A stretch of 64,000 nt of DNA from contig OZ374562.1 in NCBI GenBank assembly GCA_977862235.1, forward strand, positions 1,240,001 through 1,304,000. The letters run 5' to 3'. The position numbers were made by a program, and so were the translations under genes. Within the stretch, counting starts at the first letter, position 1; every line of letters starts with the position of its first letter. Origin of the DNA: Dudresnaya verticillata (Eukaryota). Shown here piece by piece: positions 47,393-58,592 of this stretch. The notes below the pieces were generated by a model. The model worked only from the letters and a program-made list of their open reading frames with translations, was not told the DNA's origin and ran no database searches.

Positions 47393-50300
47393 TCGGAAAT
47401 ATCGTGATGTTGTTCTTTATTGTCTATAGTGGTCCTACGCGGGCAGCTTAGGCCCATGTTCAGGTGCACTTGAGGGTCCGCAAAAAAGGGGATCGTAGAC
47501 TTATGTAAATATGTTTTGTTGCGTGCTATGGGGCTATGGGCTATCTTTGACGAGGGCACCGGATGGTGGTGGGGGGCGGGGGTGGATGATCTTGTGCGCT
47601 TAGTCGGCAGATTTTGTCAATGGCGATGGAGATAGCGGTAAGGTCTGAGGGGCTGTTCGCGGGGTGTGACAATTTTTTAAGGACTGCGGCTGGTTCACGA
47701 AGCTCGGAACGTGTGACTGCGCAGGAGGGTGGAATTGGGAAGGTGCCAAGATGCCTCGGAACCGCAAGCTTACGGTCGCGGTGGTTAGAAATCCTTAGCG
47801 CAGGGGGTAGGGACGATCTATTTTAGACCGGAGCAGACCGCCGGCCTGCGATGGCCGACTTCCATGCGGCGAGGATCCGCGCCTGGATGACAGGATGTGG
47901 CGTGGGTGTTAGGGTTTGTTCCATCTTCGGAAGACTCCGTAAGGCACGCATAGTTTCCTTGGCATGCCACACTGATGGAAGATGGCTTCTGGAGAGTTTG
48001 GAGAGTGCAGTGATCCACTTGGTTTGTATTGCTGCTTGTCTGAGCAACGGGGGAGGGAATCTGAACAATGCTCGGAGTCTGGCGATTCTCCGCGTTGAGA
48101 GTCGGGACGACTGCTGCGCAATACAGATGCGGAAGAATTGAGAGTCGAGTTGATCGATTGCACTGAGGATCGGGGGGTGGAGAGGTACGAGGGCAATACA
48201 GTGCTCATAGACTGGGCGGACGAAGGAGTTTTACACGAATTGGGCTGCATGGGCGGGTATGGATGATGACAGGGACCCAGTGTGCACCAGTGACGTTACC
48301 ATAGCTCTCGCTGCAGTTAGCCTTTGCAGGCCTATTTTTTTACCCACTCCGGATGCTGAGATGTCAACGCCGAGGTACCGCGTTGATTGGTAATGCGGTA
48401 TCAGTTTCTTATAAATGTGGAACAAGGTCGTCGTCGCCCTTCCCCTGTGTCGCGTGGGTAGTATGATCGAGCATTTGGGAACCGACCACTGCATTCCGAT
48501 TGAATTGGCCCATTCTTCGCACTCAGCAAGGGCAAGTCGGAGCTCAGTTGGTGAGGACACGCGTAGGAGAAGTCATCCGCGAAGCGGCTGCCAGTCAGGC
48601 TAGCGTCCGATCTGTTGAGTTGGGTACAAAATCTGTACGCGAGGACGTCTATGAAGAGGTCGAAAAGTATTAGGCTTAAGGGTGAGCCCTGTACTACGCC
48701 CCTACGGCTTTCGCCGTAGGTACCAGTAGCGTCCTCTACCGTGCCAATTCGTAAGGGTCCGAGCAGCGTGGTGATCATCGCAACTAGATGCGGGGGTAGC
48801 CGATCCCCGCAGAGATTCAGGAGCTTCGTCCTATCGACCCGGTCATAGGCGCTTTTGAGGTCTAAAACTGCTGTGTAGTCGTCTCCCGAGCGTTGTGCCG
48901 CTCTTGCCATTGCCACTGCGATTTCCTTCCGTATGTTTGGCTGAAACCCGAGCTGCATTCTATGGAGGGGTGAAGCACGCTTGTACTTCATATGCTATTG
49001 CTTTTTCGATGACTTTGCGGGCATGGGAAAGCAGGCAAATTGGGCGGTAGTTCCCTGGATCCGCTTGGAAACCGCGTTTATGCACAGGAACGAGTGACCC
49101 GACCGTCCAGGTTTCAGGGAGAATTGAAAATTCACCGCAGCGTTTCCACATCCAGAAGAGTAGTTATGCAGAGAATTCGCGGCACAGTTGTAGCATCTCA
49201 ATAGGTATCTCGTTCCTGCCCGTGGCGGTCCCTCGAGATATGTTTTTCAGGGCGCGAGTGATGTTTCGTTGGAAACGCGGAGGTACGTAGAATGTTCGAG
49301 GCTTCGGTGCCGCGGGGGTGTCTCTAGATGTATCCTGTATCCACGTGTTTTGTGAAGGCTGCTGGTTGTAGTCTTGGTCCCCCTTAAATGTGCATCTTCG
49401 CACGACGGACTCGTTTTCGGGTTCGCGTCCGTATAGCTTGGGAGAGGAGGGACTGTGGGCGCTGTAGTAGCTCTTCAGCCTCGCTCCGTTGCTGTTGCTT
49501 CTTGAAGGCGCGGATACGGGAGCGTATGGTACGTTGCAGAGTTCGATACTCTTGCTCTGCCCTCTCTCTTGTTGGTGGAGTTCCTGCTGCCTTCAATTGT
49601 TGATATGCTCGAGCCCGTCGGCGGCGTGATGGGTCCACGTTTGGGGAGCAGTGTGGCTTGTTAGGTCTGGTTGAGTGGGAGAGTAGAAGCTTCCAGGGCT
49701 TTTGTAGAAGCTTGGCGAGCTCATCCATGATTTTCTTGGCCTCATGGCGATTGTTGGCATTTCTAAGTCTCTGGATGTATGTCGATATTGTATTTCCGTA
49801 GGCCCGTCGCACTATGTTATGGTATCGGGGGTTAGCAAGGAGCGGGTTTTGTGATTCTGCAGCTTCGTTTCTCGAGGATATGGTCGAGCTGCAATTCACA
49901 GCTCGAGGTGGGCTGTGGTTGGCGCTGCGGAAGTTTTACCAGGACAAGAGCGTGATCACCAGCCCCGTCTCATTCTCCTGTTGCAATAAACGGGTAGAGG
50001 GGTCCCAAGGCATTGTAAAGGCATATATAAATGGTGCTCATGCCTCCAGTTCTGTTGGAGCTGAAGAAAGTCGGTTCCGGCGGTACGTGGACGGTAAAGG
50101 GGTTTCGGGAGCGCCACTTAGATATGGCCACTCCTTTCTCATTTCTCCGTGTGCACCATGCCGTACTGCGTGCGTTGAGGTCACCAATGATGAGTGTAGG
50201 TCCACGCGATATCCCTCTTACAGTGTCTAGAATGGTTCTGATGTCTTCTTTTCCGGCCGTGGGGCTGATATAGGCACCGACTATGTCCCCGACATTGGGG

Positions 50301-52591
50301 ACTTCGAGGCATAGTAGTTGATATAGCGTCGGATGATGCAGTGGCTGGGGTAAGATGTAATATCGAACATATGCTTTCTGTTGCGGCTGACCATTGCAAT
50401 ACCTCCAAGCCACGGACCGTTGCTCCCAGCACGTGTTGCCGGAATTGTAAAGGAGGAGTGGAGCAGGTTATGATGTTGTGATGGAGTTGTGTGTGTTTCG
50501 CTGAGTAGTAGGACTTGATTTTGGGCGGTGGTCAGGAGCGTTATAACGACTGGGAGGTATGCATGTAGGCCTGCGACGTTCCAAGTCTCCACTAGCATGC
50601 TTCTCCTATGTGCTGGGGACCCGCTTTTGCGGGGGGTGTGGTGTTGGAATTACGAGAGGCTTGGTTTTGATGTCTAGCAGGCATTGGGTCGGAGTTGGCC
50701 ACGGCCCTGTTTTCCAATGCGGTTAGCTTCACGAAGCTGCGCACGGTGAGGGACGGGTACTGTAGAATGGTTGGGCTTCTTTGGGAATCACTTCTGGCTT
50801 GCAAGTATGGGTGGGTGTCCATCGGGTCTGTATTTCGAAGAAGAGAGTGATCGAGGTGTCCAGGGTTTTGTTTTTGGGTTGCATCCGGTATTGTTGTGTT
50901 CAGCCCAGTCCCCGGAGGTGCTGTCTTGTCTTGAGGGGCACTCTCATTTTTTGCGAGTCCATCATCTGTAAGGGGACAATCCCAATGGAATGAATGTACG
51001 ATACGGGGTTGGGAGGAGCGCTGTAGAAGGCGAAGTGATTGATCTTGGCCATTAGTAGCGATCCGTGCTTGTAAACGACGGGGAACAAACGGGTGGGCGA
51101 TAGAAAGCGTTCGGAGCTGTGTTTCGTACCATTGTGCAGTGGGAATGTGAGGCGTTAATTTTCCATGGCGCCACTAGCGCATGGCGACGTTCACGACGTG
51201 TGATTCCATTTTTGTGCTGTTCCCGTTGTGATTAGAGGATTTTATGGGGTCGAAATCGTCTTGTATCGGGCGCATGAAGCGGGGCAATGGCCTCATGACC
51301 ATGTTTCGGCGATCCTCTTCGAAGAGCACCTCCACAATATATGGAGCGGTGGTAGTGTGGTGCGAGATTTCGCGTAGTGCACGTCTGTCACCATTCATAA
51401 CGTATTGGAGTATGCATCTCTGTAGGTCACTCAAATTGACGCAATTATCATTCCTGAAATAGTTGACGGTCAGGGGGCTGCTAATTTACCAGGTATTGGG
51501 TGAGGGGCGCCGGTCGTTACGGTAGATTTGGCTAAGCGCGTCCATCGCTATTTGGGGGTCTGGGGTGGCGGTGTGGCCTGCAAGTGCTGCTTCTAAGAAC
51601 GTTGGTGAGTCTGAGGCTACAGTGGGGCGCCCTTGAACCAACATTTGTCGTTGCGGGGGCAGCAGAGTTGGATTGGAGGTCTTTTTGCTGCCAGGGGTAT
51701 TCCTGTGCGATGAGAGGTTCCGTAGGGTTCCTGGACTGGTCGAAAAACGGGTTCTGCGTTCGGTCCGGCCGGTTCGTGCGCGGTCGGAGGTTTTAAATGG
51801 CTGGTGATCAGAGCTCGCAACGAGCTTGTCTCCTGTTGCGCGAGCCGTGTTGCATCTTCTCGGGCGCTTTGGGTACTTTCTGTGATCTGGGTTGACTGGT
51901 TGTTGGTCTGGGTTTCCAGCTTCGAGTGGAATGACACTGCTGTGTCATTGATACGTGCAGATAGAACTGTTTTCGCCTCGTCTAGGTTCTTCTCAATAGT
52001 TGTCATTCGAGCGCGCTGCTCAACGAGTTATTCTCTAGTTTCTTGGAGGCCTGACCCCTGTCGTTGAAGGGAGGTCTCCAGTGCGGCGAAAGCTGATCCC
52101 GCTGCACGTGCTCGGAGGTCTTGCCGATGCCCCGTTTTGTTTTTGTCGATGAGCTTATACATGGCACTGGCGGCGTGGCGTAAAGCGTCACCGGTTCGGA
52201 GCACGGTAAGAAGCGATGAGCCTTGGTATGTCGAGTGTCGGACTTTGCAGCGGTAAGCAATGCCTTCGCTCGTCGTGTTTTCGGTTGAGATGGGGATCAC
52301 GGTGGCGGGGCGAGGGGTAGGGCACCGGAAGCAGACGCAGAAGAGGAGCGTCTCGGAGCTGAGGAGGTGTGGCTCGGATCGGGCTGCGAGTTTGGGTAGG
52401 CAGAGCTCCCTGGGGTGCAGTCTTACATTAGACAGTGAAAGCACGTCAGCATTCTGACCGCTGCGGGTAGTTGATTGGGCATCTCGAGAGATCAGTTCTT
52501 CATGATCTGGACGTTGGGTGGGTGACGTCGGGTGGCCCGTTTGTCCGGGTGATGGGCCGCACATTAGGCCCTTAACACCAATCATGGGGAC
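47393..52591 (-). mobile_element. Near full-length degenerate APE-type LINE (ORF1, endonuclease, RT)
   Basis: APE TWNVAG, LSETH, IGDLNA, PTF (50598-49970); RT NYRPICLL, LDLKSAYDRV, GVVQGSPLS, FADD, YLGV; coiled-coil ORF1 fragments 52585-50900; candidate 7-bp TSD TCAGGCA (47386-47392 and 52592-52598). Ends are less certain than the content. Confidence 0.85.
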
Positions 52592-52954
52592 TCAGGCAAT
52601 TAGCCAATTAAATCTGAAGAGTCAAGCAGCAAAGCCTTTCCAAGAAATCATTGGCGGACTACAACGTATTTGATTGCAATATCGATCACGCGGAATCCGA
52701 ACCAGTGCTGGGTATTCACGTGGCGATATGCAGAGTATGCAGTGTTTACAGAAGACGAGAGTTTGAAGTGGAAAGAGGCCGCCATTTCTGAAATAACAGA
52801 GTCACTGCGCAGAGGTGTCATTCCGTTTCCTCTTGTAAGCCCTCTTCCCTCCCCACGACAAATAATGAGACACCAGCCTCCCTCTCCCAGCCCCGGTCCC
52901 TCGCCCGCTCCCCTAACATCCGCCCGTACCATCCCTGGGAACACGCCTCCGCCA

Positions 52955-54221
52955 ATGGCTGTTTCAGGAGAACAAGCGGCTGGGGCTCTGCAACTACTCA
53001 CCGATGCCGCGCTGGAGCGCGAAAATGTCCTTCGCGATTATAACGACGAGGCAGACCTGGAAGACTCCGATGAGGATTCTGGGAGTAATGCCCCAATGTT
53101 CGATCAGTTTTACGACCAGGGTGGTTCTCAAGCAAGTCTGGAGATGACAAACCTGGACCCTACTCAGTTCCTGCGTTTGTTTTAAATCTTTGAAACCTTT
53201 CTCGCTGAGAACTACAACCACGGTCGAGGCCGAAAATGCTGCTTTACAGCCCAGGACGTACTGCTTATGGTACTAACCGTCATGAAATACTGTGGGCAAT
53301 GGAACTTTCAAGCTCGGTCATTTGGAATGAAGGGCCCAAATTTTGATGGAATGATAATGAAGTTCGTACGGCTCTTGTCCTCAACGCTCTACAACGTTTG
53401 TGCGCAAGGCCAGCAAGAATTTCAGCACCAAGTTGTCGATCGATTGTAACCGCTGCTTCAAAAACTATCCCATGGCACGATATGCCACTGATGTGACATT
53501 TCAGCCATCATTTCGCCCCTCCGGTAACATGCAAGAGGGAAAAAAGTATTTTAGCGGCAAGCACAAGTTGTATGGCTACAAAACAGAAGTTTCTGTTTTG
53601 CCAACTGGGCAGCCTATCGGATGTAGTTTTCACCAGCCCGGGTCTGTATCGGATTTGACGATGTTTCAGAATATGGCGGCCTGTCACAACAAGCAACTGT
53701 GCAAACGAATCGGAGAAGAAGACGTTGCTGACGATGGGCCTTTGGTATAGCGGTTTTCGGATATTTGGGTGGTGTTGGTCGACAAGGGTTATGTAGGCGC
53801 GACAGAATTCTTTCGAGCCGTCCATCCGAAGAAACCTATTGGGAATATTCTGTCTCCTGGCGACGTCGCTGAGAATCGTCTTACTTCTAGCGACCGCATC
53901 ATCGTGGAAAACGTTTTCGGACGACTTTGTGGTCTATGGAATGTCATGGGCACGAAATGGAAGTGGGCCGAGGATGCATACGACGATGTGTTCCGCCTGT
54001 GTGAGGGCCTCACCAATTACCACGTGCATCTCAATCCCCTACGCGCTGAGGATGGTGGGCTTTATAGTCAAATTAGTAACCGTTGGTACCACATCGGCAC
54101 CTCCCAGGCTGACCGCAGGCGTCGTGTGCAGCAGCGCTACCGTGAGCGACGCAGGCGCCGCGTGGATATGCAATTCCGCGCTGCCGGTCGTTCTAAGCGC
54201 CAGCCAAGTGATGATGCGTGA
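52955..54221 (+). pseudogene. Second PIF/Harbinger/ISL2EU-type (DDE_Tnp_4) transposase, with stops and a frameshift
   Basis: YATDVTFQ, YFSGKHKLYGYKTEVSVLP, HQPGSVSD, LVDKGY, SDRIIVENVFGRL; TIRs not located. Confidence 0.88.
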
Positions 54222-54320
54222 ACGATTGTGCATTAATTGCGCGATCCGTTCTTATAGAAATTATGAAACGCCGGTAGTCATTCATTTTTCTACTCAGTAA
54301 ATGCAAAATTTATGTGTCTT

Positions 54321-54919
54321 TGTAGCACAACGGGTCCAGCCCAGGAAGACAAAGGAGAACAAAGGACACCTGTCCGGAACCGTCGTGCTCACGGGTAGCT
54401 CGGGTGTGGTAGAGGCTTGGTAGAATGGCACTAGGCCAGGAAAAGGGAAAAGGAAAAGGGGGACGCGACCCGGTATTCCGCAGGGAACCTGCCGTACGGT
54501 GACGAGCCTGTAGTTGGCGTCCAGAAAGGGAACGGGAAGCGCCCGGAATCCAGAAAATGGTCAAGGCCGAGAAACTCCCCGTAGGGTTCAATCAGGGGTG
54601 CCCTGCTATTCAGGGGACCAATAAATAGGGATTGTGCCCGTTCTAATACTATCTAACACAGTGTACTGTACACAAATTACATTGAGCAATGAGAGGCGGA
54701 TTCACGCCCCTGTGGCGGCGTATAATCGGGAAATATCCCAGCGCCACACCAATGGTCGTGCGCCAATTGCGCGTTTGAGGCGCGGGTGATTTCGTGCCAG
54801 GCGCCAATCACATATCACATCCTGGCGAAGCCCAGCAATGACATCGTCTTACAGGGCATTGGCGCGTTACTACTTACAGTGTAATACGCCCACTTGGCGC
54901 AAATCGCCGTTGTGACACA
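54321..54919 (-). repeat. Gypsy D 3' LTR (599 bp)
   Basis: Terminal inverted match TGTAGCACAACGG / CCGTTGTGACACA; carries the family hairpin motif; partner LTR not in the window. Confidence 0.8.
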
Positions 54920-55518
54920 CGGATCCCCTCGTAAGACCGAGAGCCCCGCGAGGTCTGAGCCTTTTCCAATTTGCATTGGCAGCCCCGCCAGATTATTCGG
55001 GCCAAAGCCGGCATATCATAACGTATGCGACTGGGAGGCCGTCGACGAGATTTCCCGCACTCTGAGCCAGCGCTCCAAAAGCGTGAGCGTATATCAGCGT
55101 CCGCACCCGCGTAGTCGTAAGTCGTTTTTGCGCCGTCATCCGCCACACCTCTCGCCCACACCGCGTCATTATCTTCCGCATTCCTCTAGCGCGTGCAGGG
55201 GCTTCTTTCCACACTCCACATCAGGTGCGCCTCTCCGACAATCTCTGCATCCCAACGCCCCGCGCGCGCCTTCCTCTTCAACTTGGGTCTCTCGTGCAGC
55301 CAAGGACGCCACTACGAGCCGGCGGTCGCATAACGCGAACATCTTCGCGCACAGCGCGCATCTTCCTCCACGGCCGACCATTCGGTCAAGTCAGCGACTT
55401 CGCTACGTCGGATATTGCGTATTCCTTCGCGTTCAAGTTTTCATAAGAAGACTTCCGGCTCAGGCCCGTTGCAGGATAACGACAGAAGGTCGTCAAGAGC
55501 CGCGCACGCCTGGGCACC

Positions 55519-57805
55519 ATGCCCGTGAATCCACACTTCCAGTATGGGCAGCCAGGATCCTCCGACAACGTAGCGCCGGTCGTCGTGGTGACGGGAGGCA
55601 TTCCCGCGGACATAGTGGCCAGCCGCCATTGGCAGATGCGTACAGACCTGAACCATGTGCGGCCCATGGCCAGGGCCAGTCGGGATGAGATACGCCGCTT
55701 GGGCGGGAAGAGGGCAGAAGCCAAGTCTTGGAACACTCTGATACGCATGCGGGTGAGTCAGCGCTCGATGACGACGCTGTGTATCTCTACCCCGGGACTA
55801 TTTCCCTTCGACTTAGCGCGCGATCGCTGGCGCTGGGAGGTGCCGTGGGTGGAGAACATGGCGAGCTTCATGAGCGATCGTAAGTACGTCCTGGACGAAA
55901 TTGCCTTGTCCGACAAGTATGAAATTCGGGCAGTAGGGCATAAGCGCCCCTTCATTCGCGACGTACAAGTACCATCTGGATACGCCGCAGACGGCTCTCC
56001 CGCACGAAGCGGCCCGCTTTGAACGTCGCCAGCGGCATCGGACCGGGTGCTTGGTCCCGTGCCATTGTCAAGCGTTTACGGCTCTTAAGCGTGAGATGTT
56101 CACGAGTAAGTATCCTCAGATACTACCGGACTACGAATACTACGAAGTATCGTATTCGATGCCGGTAGGAGTGCCCACCATTGTTGCCTACCTAGGTCTG
56201 GAGCTGGTGCAGTCATCCAACACGAGCCTGTTCTGGCTTCTTTACCGGCACAAACGGATCGTTCTCATCACCCAAGTCTTCATGTACGAGGCGCGGAAAG
56301 GCCGCTTGTTCTTCATTAACCAGAAGTTGCGCGACAACATTCGCGAGATCGGGTCGTCCGAGTTCACGGCTAATGCCGACGATGCCGTTGACTTGGACTC
56401 GATCCTACGTTTCGTAGAGCGCATAGTGTGGTGACGAGTGTCGAAGCGGAACCGGTTCTTTCCCGAGAGTACAGGCGTGATTTCGCCGGTCTTCGACCGT
56501 GGAGATTGGGTTGACTTTGACCCCGAGGCCTGGGTACCGGATATTCCCGAAGACCTGCTCAAGAGTGTCCCAGTGGACCCGGCTTCCTTGGAAGCAGATG
56601 AAGATATGCGCCTGCGATCCGTCTGCACCGCGGGGTGAGTACGCAACAACTGGCAAGAGCCGAAGGCACTTTCGGAGGTGCCAGCGTATGACGTCTTGAC
56701 GGATGGTCAACCTCTGGGCCCCTACGCCCCTCCGGTCATTCACGGCCGTAGTAAAGCGGACGCCGCGATTCGTGACGTGTTCCGCCAGCTCGGTTTGGCT
56801 GTGAGGCTGCACACTCACTGGAATATCCAGAACCTGACTGTGCACTCCCTTGCGGATTGGGTAGAAGCAGCCATGGTTGACTACGAAGCCTCGTGGCTCC
56901 CGGTTTCGGGACCCATCCATCGTATTTCGGAACATTTCCGGGGCTTGCCCCGTTTAGGCGAGTGAGCCAAGGTGGAGTGTGAAGCGCCGGTCGTGAGAGA
57001 GGAGCCGGTCAGCACCGCTACCGGATCTGCCCCGGTGGCACCTACCGCCAGCGTTACCGGCCAAGTTGGAGCCGCGTCGGCGACTCCTATTGGAGAGACT
57101 CTCCATAAGGGTCGTCATGGTCTCGGCTCAACTGGGAGTCGCGCCCTTCAGGAGGAGGAGATAGCGCAAGGCTTGAACATTCAAGGGGTCACCATTCCGG
57201 TTAATCGGTGGAGTGCCCCACTTGCGGAGAGGCGCGATGATCGCGAGAATGATGCGGCCATGGCGTCTCTTCCTCCGGCTTCGGAAGCTGCCCTTGGGTC
57301 AACCCCGTCTCGAGGGCCAACAACAAGGGCGGCAGCAACGGTACCGGCCAGCGAGAGGGATGAGGACCGAATTGAGCCAGCAGCTCCGAGGGTTTCAATT
57401 GCGACAGTGGCCACCTCTGCCCCTGGGGCAGGGGTGGTGCCTTCCCCGTCGATGGGTGGGGCGCCAGAGTCGTCCCCTGGTGAGGGCAACGGGGCGCCTG
57501 GGCATGGCCCGACCGAGTCTGACTCTGTTCAACTCATCTCCAAGACTGCAGCCGTGGGCAGCGCCAGGGTGTCACCCGATGAGGAGTCGCAAGTCATGCA
57601 GGAAGAAGGCGGTGGCCTGGTTAAGACAGAGCTCGTCATTAAGAAAGAGCTCGAAGAGGAGCCAGCTCCTATGGAAACGGACCCCGTCCAACCACGAGTG
57701 CGTCGCATCATCCCCGAAGTACGGCGTATTGTTCACCCGGTCGGTGCCGTGCGTTCAGGTAATATGGATACAGATGAGGTGGTGGATCTGACGGAGGATG
57801 AGTAG
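55519..57805 (+). pseudogene. Antisense accessory ORF of gypsy D (fragmented)
   Basis: Pieces 55519-56022, 56051-56434, 56438-56638, 56678-56965 and 56972-57805 are collinear with the C copy (YEVSYSMPVG.PTIVAY.GL, DRGDWVDFDPE.W.P, SL.DWVE..MVDYE..W); ends DEVVDLTEDE-stop. Confidence 0.87.
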
Positions 57806-58592
57806 ACTTCTATCCTCCTGTTGTTCAATAGGGCGTTTAGCCCAAGAAGTTAATGCGGGTTTGCCGCGTAGAAGTTAATGTCTGTGCATGAGTTAATAAT
57901 AAATGTCACTGTTGACGGGGGCCATGTTAATGGCAGTCGCCAACACCGGTTAGGTTAATGTTAGAGTTAAATGGGTGCGTCGTGCGCGAGTTAACCTCGT
58001 TGGCTTGTGCAATAGGTAAAGGCTTCAGCACGGTTCCAGCCTCCTGGTATAGGAGGTAAGGCTCCGCTTCATGATATCTGCACCACTCGGCAGAGAGAAG
58101 AGGGCAATTACCCTGGAGGGTCAAAGCATGTCGGCGACCAGGTTAAGGGCGCGCTTCTGTACATAGGGGTGCGCGCGCGGCACTCCTGCGGATGACCCCT
58201 AGCGTCTTGTCGAGGCGTGCCTCTGGGGTAAAAAGTCAGGTGACTTCTCTCCCAAGGTGGGGGTAAAGCCAGTTGTTTCCAAAACGATGCTTAGCGTACG
58301 TGCGCGTACAATACTCGGTATCATACCGTCGCGAGACAGTGTCCTTTCCCACTTGAGATATATCTCATCTCGCTGTGCGGCCACAGTACGCCCAAAGGCA
58401 CCAGTTGCCAGCAATGCGCTTCTTGCTTTACACCTCTGCCCGTGGCATCTTACAGGGCCCCCTTGTGGGTCACATCTCACTGCATGAGACGATGGAACCA
58501 ACTGGGGCGCTCGGGCCAGAGTGGTAAGTCGTCTTCCTCCAGGCGCTTACCAATTCCTATCCCGACGGGGGAAGCTGTGTCGCATACTCGAG

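Noticed and set aside
52500..52591. HDV-like or hammerhead ribozyme at the LINE 5' end
   Set aside because: GGCCACCCGACGT is reminiscent of the L1Tc signature, but the P1/P3 pairings and hammerhead cores are not present; reported only as an unclassified structure.
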